64,000 bases of DNA from Candidatus Limnocylindrales bacterium (GCA_035692005.1 DASSII010000102.1:135-64134); one strand, 5' to 3'. Positions 23,288-33,053 are shown, counted from the first letter of the stretch. Notes: generated from the sequence alone by a model not told the origin. Translations and numbers: made by a program.

Positions 23288-24115
23288 GTGCTGCAGCCGA
23301 CGGACGCGGCCCCCGACCGCATCGTCCGATCGCGGGATGCGACCCCCATCGCCGTGTTCTCCGCCGGTCTCGGGCCGCCGCTCATCCTGGTCCACGGCGC
23401 GGCCGCCGACCACACCACGTTCCGGGTCGTCGGACCGATGCTCGCCGAGCGATGGACGATCCACGCCATCGACCGACGCGGGCGTGGCGCCTCCGGCGAC
23501 ACGGCGCCGTACGCCATCGAGCGCGAGTACGAGGACGTGGCTGCGGTCGCCTCGGCCATCGCCGGGGACGCCGGCGGACGGGCCGACGTGTTCGGGCACT
23601 CATATGGCGGTCGTTGTGCGCTCGGCGCGGCGTTGCTCACGCTGGACATCGGCCGCGTCGTGTCGTATGAGGGCGCACCCACACCGCCGGGCGAGCGATA
23701 CGGCGACGCGGCGCTCGCCGAGGAGCTGGGGCGACTGGCGGCGGACGGACGGGACGAGACCCTGCTGGCCACGTTCATGACCCGGGTCGTCGGGATGCGT
23801 CCCGCGGAGCTCGCCGCGTACCGGGCCGATCCGGTCTGGCCGCGGCGCGTGGCGGCGGCGGCGACCATCGCCCGCGAGCTGGCGGTCGAGGCCTCTGCGG
23901 CGGCCGGCCTCGAGCGACTCGGCCAGGTCCGCCAGCCGGTCCTCCAGCTGCTCGGCGGTGACAGCCGGCCCGAGTTCGGGATCGCCACGCGGGCGCTCGA
24001 GGAGCGCCTGGCGGACGGTCGCGTCGTGGTCCTGCCCGGCGCGAGGCACGCCGCTCATCACACGCACCCGGCCGCGGTGGTGGCAGCCGTGGCGTCGTTC
24101 CTGGCCGGAAGCTGA
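23288..24115 (+). CDS. Alpha/beta hydrolase
   Basis: LVHG, DRRGRGAS, GHSYGG, terminal H in HAAHH. Confidence 0.88.
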   Translation: MLQPTDAAPDRIVRSRDATPIAVFSAGLGPPLILVHGAAADHTTFRVVGPMLAERWTIHAIDRRGRGASGDTAPYAIEREYEDVAAVASAIAGDAGGRADVFGHSYGGRCALGAALLTLDIGRVVSYEGAPTPPGERYGDAALAEELGRLAADGRDETLLATFMTRVVGMRPAELAAYRADPVWPRRVAAAATIARELAVEASAAAGLERLGQVRQPVLQLLGGDSRPEFGIATRALEERLADGRVVVLPGARHAAHHTHPAAVVAAVASFLAGS

Positions 24116-24141
24116 CCGCCGGCGCATGGGATACTGCCGGC

Positions 24142-24402
24142 ATGCCTGACCTCGGGATCATCGGCTGGATCGTCATCGGCTTCCTCGCCGGCGCGATCTC
24201 CGGCGCGCTCGTCGGTGGCCGCACGGCGCGCGGCTGCCTGCCCAACATCGTCGTCGGCATCCTCGGTGGGGTCGTCGGCGGCTGGCTGGCCGGCCAGATG
24301 GGCTTCACACCGGTCAACGGACTGATCGCCGCGCTGATCGTCGCCGTGCTCGGATCGCTCGTCGTGCGTCTCGTCCTCAACGCCATCAGCAGCGACCGCT
24401 GA
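24142..24402 (+). CDS. GlsB/YeaQ/YmgE family stress-response membrane protein
   Basis: IIGWIVIG-x-x-AG...GCL-x-NIVVGILGGVVGG pattern; 3 TM segments. Confidence 0.88.
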   Translation: MPDLGIIGWIVIGFLAGAISGALVGGRTARGCLPNIVVGILGGVVGGWLAGQMGFTPVNGLIAALIVAVLGSLVVRLVLNAISSDR

Positions 24403-24448
24403 TCCGGTCCCCGCAGCGCCGTCGTAGCGCGCGGACTACCATCAGCGC

Positions 24449-25585
24449 ATGACCGATTCACCCCCGGCTGACGCCCCGTCGCCCGCTGCCGCGTCGGCGG
24501 CCCGCCCCTACTCCCCGGGCCTCGAGGGGGTCATCGCCGGCGAGACGAGCCTGTCGTTCATCGATGGCGAGCGCGGCCGCCTGCTGTACCGCGGGTACCG
24601 GATCGGCGACCTCGTGGAACGCGGCACCTACCCGGCCATCGCCAACCTGCTGTGGACCGGCGACTGGGAGCCCGCCCACCACCTGCCGACGGGTCCCGTG
24701 CCTGCGGCGGTGATGGCCGTCCTGCGCGCGCTGCCCACGGACGCGAAGCCGATGGACGCCCTGCGCACCGCGGTCTCCGCGTGGGGCACGACCCGCGCAT
24801 TGCCCTGGCCTCCGACACCCGAGCAGGCACGCGAACTGACCGCCTTTTCGCCGTCCGCGCTGGCGGCCTTCGCGCGACTCCGGTCCGGCCAGGAGCCGAT
24901 CGAACCGGACCCGTCGCTCGACCTCGTGGCGGGCTTCCTCTACCAGCTGACGGGCAGCCGGCCCGACCCGGGCACCGCCCGGGCGCTCGACGCCTACTTC
25001 ATCGTCGGCGCCGAGCACGGCTTCAACGCCTCGACGTTCACGGCCAGAGTCATCACCTCGACCCGCTCGGACCTGGCCTCGGCCGTGGCCGGCGCGATCG
25101 GCACGATGAAGGGGCCGCTCCACGGCGGTGCGCCGTCGGAGGTCGTCGACCAGCTGGCCGAAGTCGGCTCGGCCGACAAGGCCGAGGCGTGGGTCCGCGA
25201 CGCGCTGGCGAAGGGTGAGCGGCTGATGGGCTTCGGCCATCGGGTGTACCGCGCGTACGACCCGCGGGCCCGCGCGCTGCGGACGGTCGCCGAGGGCATG
25301 GAGCACAAGCCGGCCTGGCTGCGACTCGCCATCGAGGTCGAGGATGTCGCCCTGCGCGTCCTGGCCGAGAAGCATCCGGATCGGCCGCTCAAGACCAACG
25401 TCGAGTTCTACGCCGCCCCGGTGCTGATGGGCGTCGGCCTGTCGCCCGACCTGTTCCCGGCCACGTTCTCGCTCGCCCGACACGCCGGCTGGACGGCCCA
25501 CGCCCTGGAGCAGGCCGCCAACAACCGGCTGATCCGACCCGACGTCAACTACGTCGGTCCAGCGGAGCGCGACCTCCCGGGCTAG
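24449..25585 (+). CDS. gltA: Citrate/2-methylcitrate synthase
   Basis: GLEGV, LLYRGY, EHGFNASTF, GPLHGGA, MGFGHRVY, NVEFY, GWTAH. Confidence 0.9.
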   Translation: MTDSPPADAPSPAAASAARPYSPGLEGVIAGETSLSFIDGERGRLLYRGYRIGDLVERGTYPAIANLLWTGDWEPAHHLPTGPVPAAVMAVLRALPTDAKPMDALRTAVSAWGTTRALPWPPTPEQARELTAFSPSALAAFARLRSGQEPIEPDPSLDLVAGFLYQLTGSRPDPGTARALDAYFIVGAEHGFNASTFTARVITSTRSDLASAVAGAIGTMKGPLHGGAPSEVVDQLAEVGSADKAEAWVRDALAKGERLMGFGHRVYRAYDPRARALRTVAEGMEHKPAWLRLAIEVEDVALRVLAEKHPDRPLKTNVEFYAAPVLMGVGLSPDLFPATFSLARHAGWTAHALEQAANNRLIRPDVNYVGPAERDLPG

Positions 25586-25590
25586 CCAGC

Positions 25591-25609
25591 AGCGATAGCG
25601 TCGCTATCG
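25591..25609. terminator. Hairpin GCGATAGC-GTC-GCTATCGC between convergent genes
   Basis: 8-bp perfect stem at the gltA/oxidoreductase junction; no U-tract. Confidence 0.45.
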
Positions 25610-26752
25610 CGCCGTCGCCGGTGTGAGATCCGCCGCCCGGCCGGTCGCCCGCACGCGATCGATGATGCGATCGACCACGAACGCCGCGTCCCGTCCGGCG
25701 CCCGCGACGAGCATCGACGCAAACGCGTAGGTGAACGGGATGCCGAGGAAGTACAGGCCGGCCACGGCGCTGGAGACCCCGCGGCGACCGGCCGGCCAGC
25801 CATCCGCTCCGACGAATCCGGGGACGGCGACCCAGCGGTAGTCGGGCGCGAACCCGGTGCACCACACGACATTCGCGACATCGAGCACGGTGCCGTCATC
25901 GAGCACCGGCTTGCCCTCGCGCGTCCCGGCGACCCGCTGATCGAACCGCTCGACCCCGACCCGGGCCAGGTCCACGCTTCGGACGCGGAGGAGCGGACCA
26001 CCGCCCGTGCGAACGGCGGGCGCCATCGCGCGGCCGATCGGGGTGCGCAGCGTGAGGATGTGTCGCGCCGCGAAGAGCAGGATCGGCAAGGCGATCCGTG
26101 CCCGCCAGGTGTCGATCACTCGCAGCGGCAGTTCGCCGCGGGCATGCCCGGCCAGGAGCGTTGCGTGCGATCGGGCCGCCTCGTACGCGATGTCGGCGCC
26201 CGAATGGCTCAGCCCGACGACGAGCACGCGTCCGGGCTGCAATTGCGAGGGATCCCGATAGTCACTCGAGTGGAGCTGTCGGATCGACGGATCGAGCTCG
26301 GCGGCAAACGCCGGCACCCGCGGGCGATTGAAGGCGCCGGTGGCCACGACCACCTGGCTTGCCTCGTAGTGGCGATCGCCGGCCGAGACCAGGAAGCCCC
26401 GGTCGTCGCCGGGCAGCTTGCGGAGACCGTCGACTCGCGTCCCGTGCACGACCGGCAGGTCGAAGCGCTGGGCGTACGTCTCGAGGTAGTCACCCATCTC
26501 GCGGCCACTCGGGTAGTGGTAGCTCGGAGCCGGGAACCGCATCCCGGGCAGGTTGTCGGCCATCGCCGGGCTGTACAGCCGGAGCGAGTCCCAGTGGGCT
26601 CGCCAGTGGTCGCCCGTGCGAGCATCGGCGTCGAGGATCACGAACGGCACGCCACGGCGCTTGAGGTGGTAGCCGGCAGCAAGACCCGCCTGCCCACCAC
26701 CGATGACCAGGGTGTCGATCCGCTGGACGTCGTTCACACCGTTCATGACCAT
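25604..26752 (-). CDS. Flavin-dependent oxidoreductase (FMO/CzcO-like)
   Basis: VIGGGQAG, WDSL-x-L-x-SP, VVATG, LHSSDY, VVWCTGF. Confidence 0.88.
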   Translation of the reverse strand: MVMNGVNDVQRIDTLVIGGGQAGLAAGYHLKRRGVPFVILDADARTGDHWRAHWDSLRLYSPAMADNLPGMRFPAPSYHYPSGREMGDYLETYAQRFDLPVVHGTRVDGLRKLPGDDRGFLVSAGDRHYEASQVVVATGAFNRPRVPAFAAELDPSIRQLHSSDYRDPSQLQPGRVLVVGLSHSGADIAYEAARSHATLLAGHARGELPLRVIDTWRARIALPILLFAARHILTLRTPIGRAMAPAVRTGGGPLLRVRSVDLARVGVERFDQRVAGTREGKPVLDDGTVLDVANVVWCTGFAPDYRWVAVPGFVGADGWPAGRRGVSSAVAGLYFLGIPFTYAFASMLVAGAGRDAAFVVDRIIDRVRATGRAADLTPATAR

Positions 26753-26919
26753 GTCTCCCCTGTCGGTCGAGTCTTCGGAGGCGACCGATCGTCACCGGTC
26801 GCCGCCTGCGACGGTACGGGGGCCCCGAGGCACCGCGCATCGGCGGTAGTACCCAATCGATGGCTGGTGGGTGAGTGGGTACCGTCGGGCGCGACCCTGG
26901 CGCGGCCGGGTCCGCTCGT

Positions 26920-28554
26920 CTAGCGAAGGCCGTGCTCGATGGCGTAGGCCGTCGCCGCCGCCCGGGACGAGATCCCGAGCTTCGTGTAGATGTTGCTGAC
27001 GTGCCGATCGATCGTCCGCTCGCTCAGCCCGAGCTCGGCCCCGATCTCGCGATTGGTGCGACCCGCCGCGACCGCACGCAGGACCTCGATCTCGCGCGGG
27101 CTGAGACCGCCGGGACGCGCGTCGTCGCTTGATCCCGCCAGCGCGTCGAGCCGGGCCAGGTCCGGCGCGGCGCCGAGCTCGCGGAACGTCCGCCGGGCGG
27201 CATCGAACTCCAGGCCGGCCGCGTCCATGTCCCCGATCTCGCGGCAGGCCAGCCCGATGAGGACCCGGACCCGCGCGGCGTCGTACGGTGCATCGAGGCC
27301 CTGCCACAGGCTCCAGGCCCGGCGCAGGGTCGCGAGCGCGGCGCGGGGGTCACCCTCGGCAAGGCGTACCCGGCCGTCGGCACGCGCCGCCGTGGCAGCC
27401 AGGAGCGGGGCGCCGGAGATCGCGGCCAGTTCGATCAACCTGTCGGCCGCGTCGCGCGCCGCCGACCGTTCGCCACCCGCGAGCAGGATCTCGACCAATG
27501 GCTCGAGCAACCGGGGTCTGGTCATCTCGTCCGCCTCGTCGACGGCGCGGCGGATCGACGCTGTAGCCGCAGCCTGATCGCCCTGGGCCGAGCGAAGGAG
27601 GGCCAGGCCGGGTTCGGGCCGCCGGCCCCAGCGGCTCGCCTCGCGGTAGTCGGTCTCGGCCTGCTGGTAATCGCCGCGCAGTCGATGCAGCTCGGCCTGC
27701 TGGTAGTGCGCTTCGCCGAGCGCCGGCTCGATCGGTGGCCGCGACAACCAGTCGTGGGCCCGTCGCGCCTCGACATCCGCGTCGCGCCACCGGCCGTGGA
27801 ACTGCATGAGCTCCGCGCGATACACGAGGCATCGGCCGCGGAATGGGACGAGGTCGTCCTGCGCATCGCACCAGCGGCTGAGGGCCTCCGTCCATTCCTG
27901 GGCACGACGCAGGTCGAACAGCGAGACGTACGCCTCGATCGATGCGCAGTAGACGATGCCCACGACCGTCGGGGAGACCTCGCCGGTCGCGACCGAGACC
28001 ATCGCCTCATCGAGCAACGCGACCCCGCGGTCCGTGTCACCCAACGCGATGGTCGACTGGCCTCGACCGAGTCGACCGAGGGTCGTCAGATCCGGGTCGC
28101 CCGATCGGTCGGCCCGCGCCGAGACGCGCTCGAACAGCTCCAGCGCCAGGGCCGGTTCGTTTCGCTCGAGGTGATACAGGGCCTCGGGGATGAACAGCAG
28201 TCCGCGCTCGACGCTGTCGGGATCGGCCTCTTCCGCCAGACGAGTCGCGCGCGCCAGCCAGCCGCCGGCCTGGGCTACGTCGCCTCGCAGGCCGAAGCCC
28301 ATGATCAGGTGGAACGCATGTCGGACGGCGCGCAGAGGTTCGCCCTGCTGGAGCGCTGCCAGATGCGCCCGTTCCCACGCCCGGGCCGCGTCGTCGACGT
28401 GGCCGTTCATGTGCGCGGCGAGGGCCAATCGCTCGAGATCGGCGACCTCGAGCGGGCGCGCTCGATCGGCAGCCGTCAACCGTGCGTAGGCTTCCCCCCA
28501 TGCCTGCCGGGCGACCGCCCCGCGTCCAAGCTCGAGCGTGTCCGTGGTGGTCAT
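26920..28554 (-). CDS. LuxR family transcriptional regulator with TPR-like N-terminal region (MalT-like)
   Basis: C-terminal LSPREIEVL...TNREIG...LSERTIDRHVSNIYTKLG HTH. Confidence 0.92.
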   Translation of the reverse strand: MTTTDTLELGRGAVARQAWGEAYARLTAADRARPLEVADLERLALAAHMNGHVDDAARAWERAHLAALQQGEPLRAVRHAFHLIMGFGLRGDVAQAGGWLARATRLAEEADPDSVERGLLFIPEALYHLERNEPALALELFERVSARADRSGDPDLTTLGRLGRGQSTIALGDTDRGVALLDEAMVSVATGEVSPTVVGIVYCASIEAYVSLFDLRRAQEWTEALSRWCDAQDDLVPFRGRCLVYRAELMQFHGRWRDADVEARRAHDWLSRPPIEPALGEAHYQQAELHRLRGDYQQAETDYREASRWGRRPEPGLALLRSAQGDQAAATASIRRAVDEADEMTRPRLLEPLVEILLAGGERSAARDAADRLIELAAISGAPLLAATAARADGRVRLAEGDPRAALATLRRAWSLWQGLDAPYDAARVRVLIGLACREIGDMDAAGLEFDAARRTFRELGAAPDLARLDALAGSSDDARPGGLSPREIEVLRAVAAGRTNREIGAELGLSERTIDRHVSNIYTKLGISSRAAATAYAIEHGLR

Positions 28555-28659
28555 CGGATCAGGGCGCTCCGGGGGCATGCTACTCCGCCGCCCGCGGCCG
28601 CCTCACACCTCGGAGGAAGACGACCCGATCGCGCACCGTTGCCACCGATGCGATCGCTG

Positions 28660-29664
28660 CTACAACCAGCCGCGCCGCCGGAACAGGATGACGAGCACGA
28701 CGAGCAGGATGGCCATCGACAGGAGGATCACGAAGAACGTGATGGCCTGGCCTTCGCCCGGGAAGGACACGTTCATCCCGAAGATGCTCGCGATGAGGGT
28801 CAACGGCAGGAGCACGACGCTCGCCGCGGTCAGGATGCGAAAGGAGTCGTTCAGTCGGTGCGACAGCACCGATTCGTTGGTCGATTCGATGCCTTCGATG
28901 ACTTCCTTGTAGTTCTCGAGCGTGTCCCAGATGCGCTCGGCGGCGTCGGAGATGTCGTCGAAGTAGATCTCGAGCTCTTCCTGCAGGTAGCGCTGCTTGG
29001 TCCGCTCGAGGTCGCGCAGCACCGCGCGCTGCGGGCGAGTGATCTTGCGAAAGTTGATGATCTCCTGCTTGGTGTCGGAGATGTCGCGCACGATCTCGCT
29101 CGAGCGGCCCTCGAAGATGTCGTCCTCGAGCCGCTCGAGCTTGAGGCCGGTCTTGCGCAGCATCGGGAACGATGCGTCGACGCCCGTGTCGACGATCTTG
29201 TACAGCAGGTAGCCGGAGCCTTTGCTGAAGACCTCCTCGCGCAGGTCGGCCTTCTCGCGATAGCGGTCGAACATGGCCGACAGGGGCGGCAACGGGATGT
29301 TCGGCATCGTGATCAGGTAATCGGGGCCGAGGAACAGGTCGAGCTCGGCGGTCAGGATCCGGCCGGTGTCCTTGTCGAACAGCGGGAAGTGCAGAACGAT
29401 GAACACGTAGTCGTCGTACTGGTCGAGCTTGGGCCGCTGGTTGCGCGAGAAGACGTCCTCGTAGTCGAGGGGATGGAAGTCGAAGTGCTCCTCGAGCCAG
29501 TCCCGATCAGCCGTACGCGGCGACTCGATGTGGACCCAGCGGATGCCGGCCGCTTCGATGATCTCCGGATCGGCTGCGGCCTCGGGCACCACCACGTCCG
29601 CCGGCCCGTCGGGGCGGCGGTTGCGCGGTCGGGGCCGCGGGCGCGGCAGGGCAAGATTCGGCAC
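28660..29664 (-). CDS. corA: CorA family Mg2+/Co2+ transporter
   Basis: FDFHPLDYED, QRPKLDQY, YFDDI-x-D, TLIASIFGMN signature; TACCAT 6 nt upstream of GTG. Confidence 0.92.
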   Translation of the reverse strand: MPNLALPRPRPRPRNRRPDGPADVVVPEAAADPEIIEAAGIRWVHIESPRTADRDWLEEHFDFHPLDYEDVFSRNQRPKLDQYDDYVFIVLHFPLFDKDTGRILTAELDLFLGPDYLITMPNIPLPPLSAMFDRYREKADLREEVFSKGSGYLLYKIVDTGVDASFPMLRKTGLKLERLEDDIFEGRSSEIVRDISDTKQEIINFRKITRPQRAVLRDLERTKQRYLQEELEIYFDDISDAAERIWDTLENYKEVIEGIESTNESVLSHRLNDSFRILTAASVVLLPLTLIASIFGMNVSFPGEGQAITFFVILLSMAILLVVLVILFRRRGWL

Positions 29665-29762
29665 GGCGTGATGGTACGGCACGGCGACCGGGATTCGTCC
29701 GCGTCGTGATGTCGTACGGTTGGCGTCCCGACGCATGGGGTGCGTCCCGACAACGGGAACCG

Positions 29763-30692
29763 ATGACCGATCTGCCGCTCGACCAGTCCCGCGACCATCA
29801 GCTCACGCTCGTCGACCGGTCGTGGCGCCATCGCCACGACATCGTCGGCCTCACGCTCGTGGCCGCCATCTGGCTGGCGATCGTGGTCTTCTCGTCCCCA
29901 TGGGGCCGGCTGTGGGGCACCGGCCAGGATGCGTACTGCTACTGGCTGCCATCGCTGGCCGACCCGTACGCGCGCTCGGACTGGACCGACCCGATCGCCT
30001 ACGTGTACTCACCGGCGTTCCTGCAACTGCTCGAGCCGATCCGGGCCCTGCCGTGGCAGGCGTTCATGGCCGTGTGGACGGGAATCCTGCTGGCCTGCCT
30101 GTTCGTGCTCACCGGTCGCCGCTGGTTCGCGGTCGGGGCGGTCGTGGCGCTGATGGAGCTGGCCGGCGGCAACATCCACCTGGTCCTCGCGGCGGCGATG
30201 GTGCTCGGGTTCCGCTGGCCGTGGACGTGGTCGATCGTGCTGTTGACGAAGATCACGCCCGGCATCGGGCTGCTGTGGTTCGTGGTCCGGCGCGAGTGGC
30301 GGTCGTTGGCCTGGGCGCTCGGCGGGACCGCGGTCGTCGTGGTCGCGTCGTTCGCGTTGTTGCCGTCGGCGTGGTCCGATTGGGCCGAGGTCCTGAGCCG
30401 CGTCGCCGGGCGGGACGGAACGTGGGCCGCCGTGCCGATCCCGTTCGTCGTGCGGCTGCCCGTGGCGATCGCCGTCGTCGTGTGGGGGGCCTGGACGGGG
30501 CGTCGCTGGACGGTACCCGTGGCTGGGATGCTCGCGTTGCCGGCGCTGTGGTACGGCGGGTTGTCGATGCTGCTGGCGGTGATCGCGTTGCGGGAACCGG
30601 CGTCGCCGGCCCGGCCGCTCGGCGGGTTCGGGCGGTTCGGGCGGTTCGGGGCAGCCGGCGATGGGGTCTCCTCGGGTACGACGGGCGCGTAG
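29763..30692 (+). CDS. GT87/DUF2029-like membrane glycosyltransferase
   Basis: DAYCYW, YVYSPAF, GNIH, LLTKITPG motifs; polytopic membrane protein. Confidence 0.75.
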   Translation: MTDLPLDQSRDHQLTLVDRSWRHRHDIVGLTLVAAIWLAIVVFSSPWGRLWGTGQDAYCYWLPSLADPYARSDWTDPIAYVYSPAFLQLLEPIRALPWQAFMAVWTGILLACLFVLTGRRWFAVGAVVALMELAGGNIHLVLAAAMVLGFRWPWTWSIVLLTKITPGIGLLWFVVRREWRSLAWALGGTAVVVVASFALLPSAWSDWAEVLSRVAGRDGTWAAVPIPFVVRLPVAIAVVVWGAWTGRRWTVPVAGMLALPALWYGGLSMLLAVIALREPASPARPLGGFGRFGRFGAAGDGVSSGTTGA

Positions 30693-30703
30693 TCGCGACC
30701 CGC

Positions 30704-30752
30704 GTCGCGGTCACGGTCGCGGTCGCGTCGCGGTCGCGGTCACGGTCGCGGT
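30704..30752 (+). repeat. Degenerate hexamer repeat (GGTCGC/GGTCAC) of about 8 units
   Basis: Read directly from sequence just after the GT87 stop. Confidence 0.8.
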
Positions 30753-30778
30753 TGGTCGGGTGCCCCCGCGGCGGGGCT

Positions 30779-31108
30779 CGCTGCCCTTCAGGCATCGATC
30801 TCGTGCCCAAGGTCGCTCGCCGCGCGCCGTCGGCCGCCGCGGAGGGAGCCGCACGTCGCTTCGGTGTTCGTAGCTGCCTCGCAGGCATCGATTTGTCCTC
30901 GAAGCCGCGGGTTCCGGGCCGTACAGGGACCGAGGACGCAGATTCGATGCCTGGGCGGCATCGAATCGCTCACCGCACCGCAGGGCTCCGTCCGCGGCCA
31001 GCGTCGCTCCACCTCTCGATGCCCCGGCGGCATCGTTCCGCCTCACGTGGCCCGGGTCCGCGTCCCGCGAGCACGCATGGCCCAAGGATCGATGCCTGGG
31101 CGGCATCA
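30779..31108. repeat. REP/BIME-like cluster of five TGCC-N5-GGCATC palindromic units
   Basis: GGCATC at 30791, 30884, 30957, 31029, 31102 (spacing 93, 73, 72, 73); units 1-2 inverted relative to 3-5; between convergent genes. Confidence 0.65.
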
Positions 31109-31151
31109 CGCCCCCGAGCGGTCCTCTCGAGACCGCCGCGTGCACACCCCG

Positions 31152-32435
31152 TCACGTCGGGTTGGAAGCGGCCACCCGAGCCGGTCGACGCGTCGCCATC
31201 ACGACCGCACCGACCAGGAACACCACTCCACCGAGAACGAACGGCCCGGGCAACCCCGTCAGGGTCACGACCCCCGCACCGACGGCCGGGCCGATGATTC
31301 CCGCGGTGTAGAGCGGCAGGTAGACGAGATTGAGCGTGACCGAGCGTCGGTCCGCCGGCACCTCCGTCGCCAGCATCCCGAACACCATGGCACTGACGGT
31401 GGCGGTGGCCGTCGAAAGCAGCACGGCCAGGCCAGCGAGCGCCGCGACTGCCGGCACGAACGGCATCAGCAGGATCGCGGCTCCCCCGCCGGCGAGGGCG
31501 GCGACGAGCACGGGTCGGAAGCCGATCCGGTCGCCGAGCACACCGCCGAACGGTGCGATGAGGCCGCCCACCAACGCGGCCGTGCCCATCACCAGGGCGA
31601 TCCCGGACGCGAGACCGGGACCGGTGCCGACCAGGCCCTCGACGACGACCGGGATGTACGGCCGACTCATCTGGTTGGCGAGGAATGACACGCCGAAGAT
31701 GAGGAAGATGCGGCGGACCGTCGCGTCGCCAAGGACGCCGCGGACCGCACCGAACGCCAGGGTCAGGACGCGGCCCTGCGGCACGACCTCCGGGCGAACC
31801 TCACGGGACCCGAAGGTGACCAGCAGCGCGGTCCCGATCGACAGGGCCGCCGAGGTCCAGAAGACCATCGACAGGGACCATCCAAGGCCGTCGATCAGGA
31901 CGCCCGCCAAGGTCGGGCCAAGCGCCATGCCGACCGCGCTCGACGCGCCGAAGATGCCCATGATCGTGCCCAGTCGGCGCCGCGGCGTCACATCCCGGAT
32001 GCCCGCCAGCATGACCCCCGTATTGCCCAGCTGGAAACCGATCAGCAGCATGCTCACGGCGAGCTGCCAAGGCTCTCGCGACAGGGCCACACCGGCGAAG
32101 ACGACCGCCTCGACGAGGGCACTCCGCACGATGACGGCCTTGCGGCTGTACTTGTCGGCCCACACGCCCCACAACGGCACGAGCGGCATGCCGACCACGA
32201 AGATCAGCGCGCTGAACAGCCCGACGAAGGCGAGCCGGTCGGTCTGCGGGACCCCCATCTCGCGCAGGTATGACGGCACCAGGGCAAAGATCTGGCTGAC
32301 GCCGAGGCCCTCGATCATCGAGGTCACCCAGAACACCGCGACCAGGACGCGCCAGTCCTGGGCCGGCCGCCCGGAGCCCGTGCGCGGCGCGGACGGCGGG
32401 CGCGGTGGGACTGGGACGATCGGATCCGGGGTCAC
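31152..32435 (-). CDS. MFS transporter (DHA1-like)
   Basis: WGVWADKYSRK and GVLGDRIGFR loop motifs, 12 TM segments; TACGCT 7 nt upstream of GTG. Confidence 0.88.
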   Translation of the reverse strand: MTPDPIVPVPPRPPSAPRTGSGRPAQDWRVLVAVFWVTSMIEGLGVSQIFALVPSYLREMGVPQTDRLAFVGLFSALIFVVGMPLVPLWGVWADKYSRKAVIVRSALVEAVVFAGVALSREPWQLAVSMLLIGFQLGNTGVMLAGIRDVTPRRRLGTIMGIFGASSAVGMALGPTLAGVLIDGLGWSLSMVFWTSAALSIGTALLVTFGSREVRPEVVPQGRVLTLAFGAVRGVLGDATVRRIFLIFGVSFLANQMSRPYIPVVVEGLVGTGPGLASGIALVMGTAALVGGLIAPFGGVLGDRIGFRPVLVAALAGGGAAILLMPFVPAVAALAGLAVLLSTATATVSAMVFGMLATEVPADRRSVTLNLVYLPLYTAGIIGPAVGAGVVTLTGLPGPFVLGGVVFLVGAVVMATRRPARVAASNPT

Positions 32436-32794
32436 GAGCTGGAGCGTACTCGACGCGAAGGGAGGGTCGCTCGACGCGGCTCGGACCGCGAACACCGCCG
32501 AATCCCGCCCCGGGGAGCGTTCGGGGAGGTCCCGCCGGCGCTCGATGCCGTTCTGGTCCCGATGACCCCCGATCCACCCACGCGTCACGCACGGTCAAGC
32601 GATGGCATGCCCGATCGCCGATCGCCGGGTGCCGCCAACAGCGCCCAAACCTCCGGGGGCGGGGATTTGGCGGTGTCGGGCCCGCGACCCCGGGCGAGAA
32701 TCCCCTCCGCGGCCCCTGGCGACGAGGGTGGCGATCACCGGTCGAGCCTCAGCGGCCCGCCTGCCGCGCCATGACGCTCGGCGCACACGAAAGC

Positions 32795-33053
32795 GCCCGA
32801 AGGAACTGGTGGGAGGACCGGCCGGTCGGTTCGCAACGGCTCTGAACAAGTCCAGAGTCCTTACGCTCCGCCCGAGACCCTCATCCGCTGGCCTTGCGGC
32901 CCTCGAACCCGGTTCCCGGGACCGTCCCGAGGATCACTCCCCGGTGCGGTCTGGCGGTTCGCACCTGCCCCTTCGGGCAAGACGAAATGTACTGTCGCGG
33001 GCGGTCCACGGGCAACGGCCTTATCCACGAACTTCGGTCGAACGATCGGTGCG
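32795..33053 (-). ncRNA. Candidate structured ncRNA in the 730-bp MFS/Rieske intergenic region (some 6S-like features)
   Basis: Complementary pairs 32795-32803/32970-32978 and 32868-32878/32994-33004 (10 of 11); GGCC-GCAA-GGCC tetraloop hairpin; GAACCGGGTTCGAGGG segment; TACATT -10-like box at 32991-32986. Confidence 0.35.

Noticed and set aside
30779-31108. CRISPR or TIGR-like array reading of the 72-73 bp periodic repeats
   Set aside because: Conserved core only ~19 bp and variable, orientation flips mid-cluster, one spacing is 93 bp, no 36-nt sub-periodicity seen, and no cas or Nop-domain gene in the window
32580-32670. c-di-GMP-I riboswitch (GTCACGCAC...CAAACCTCCGG resemblance)
   Set aside because: Lacks the GGCAAAC P2 start, the GAAA tetraloop/receptor and the CTAA motif; the match is superficial
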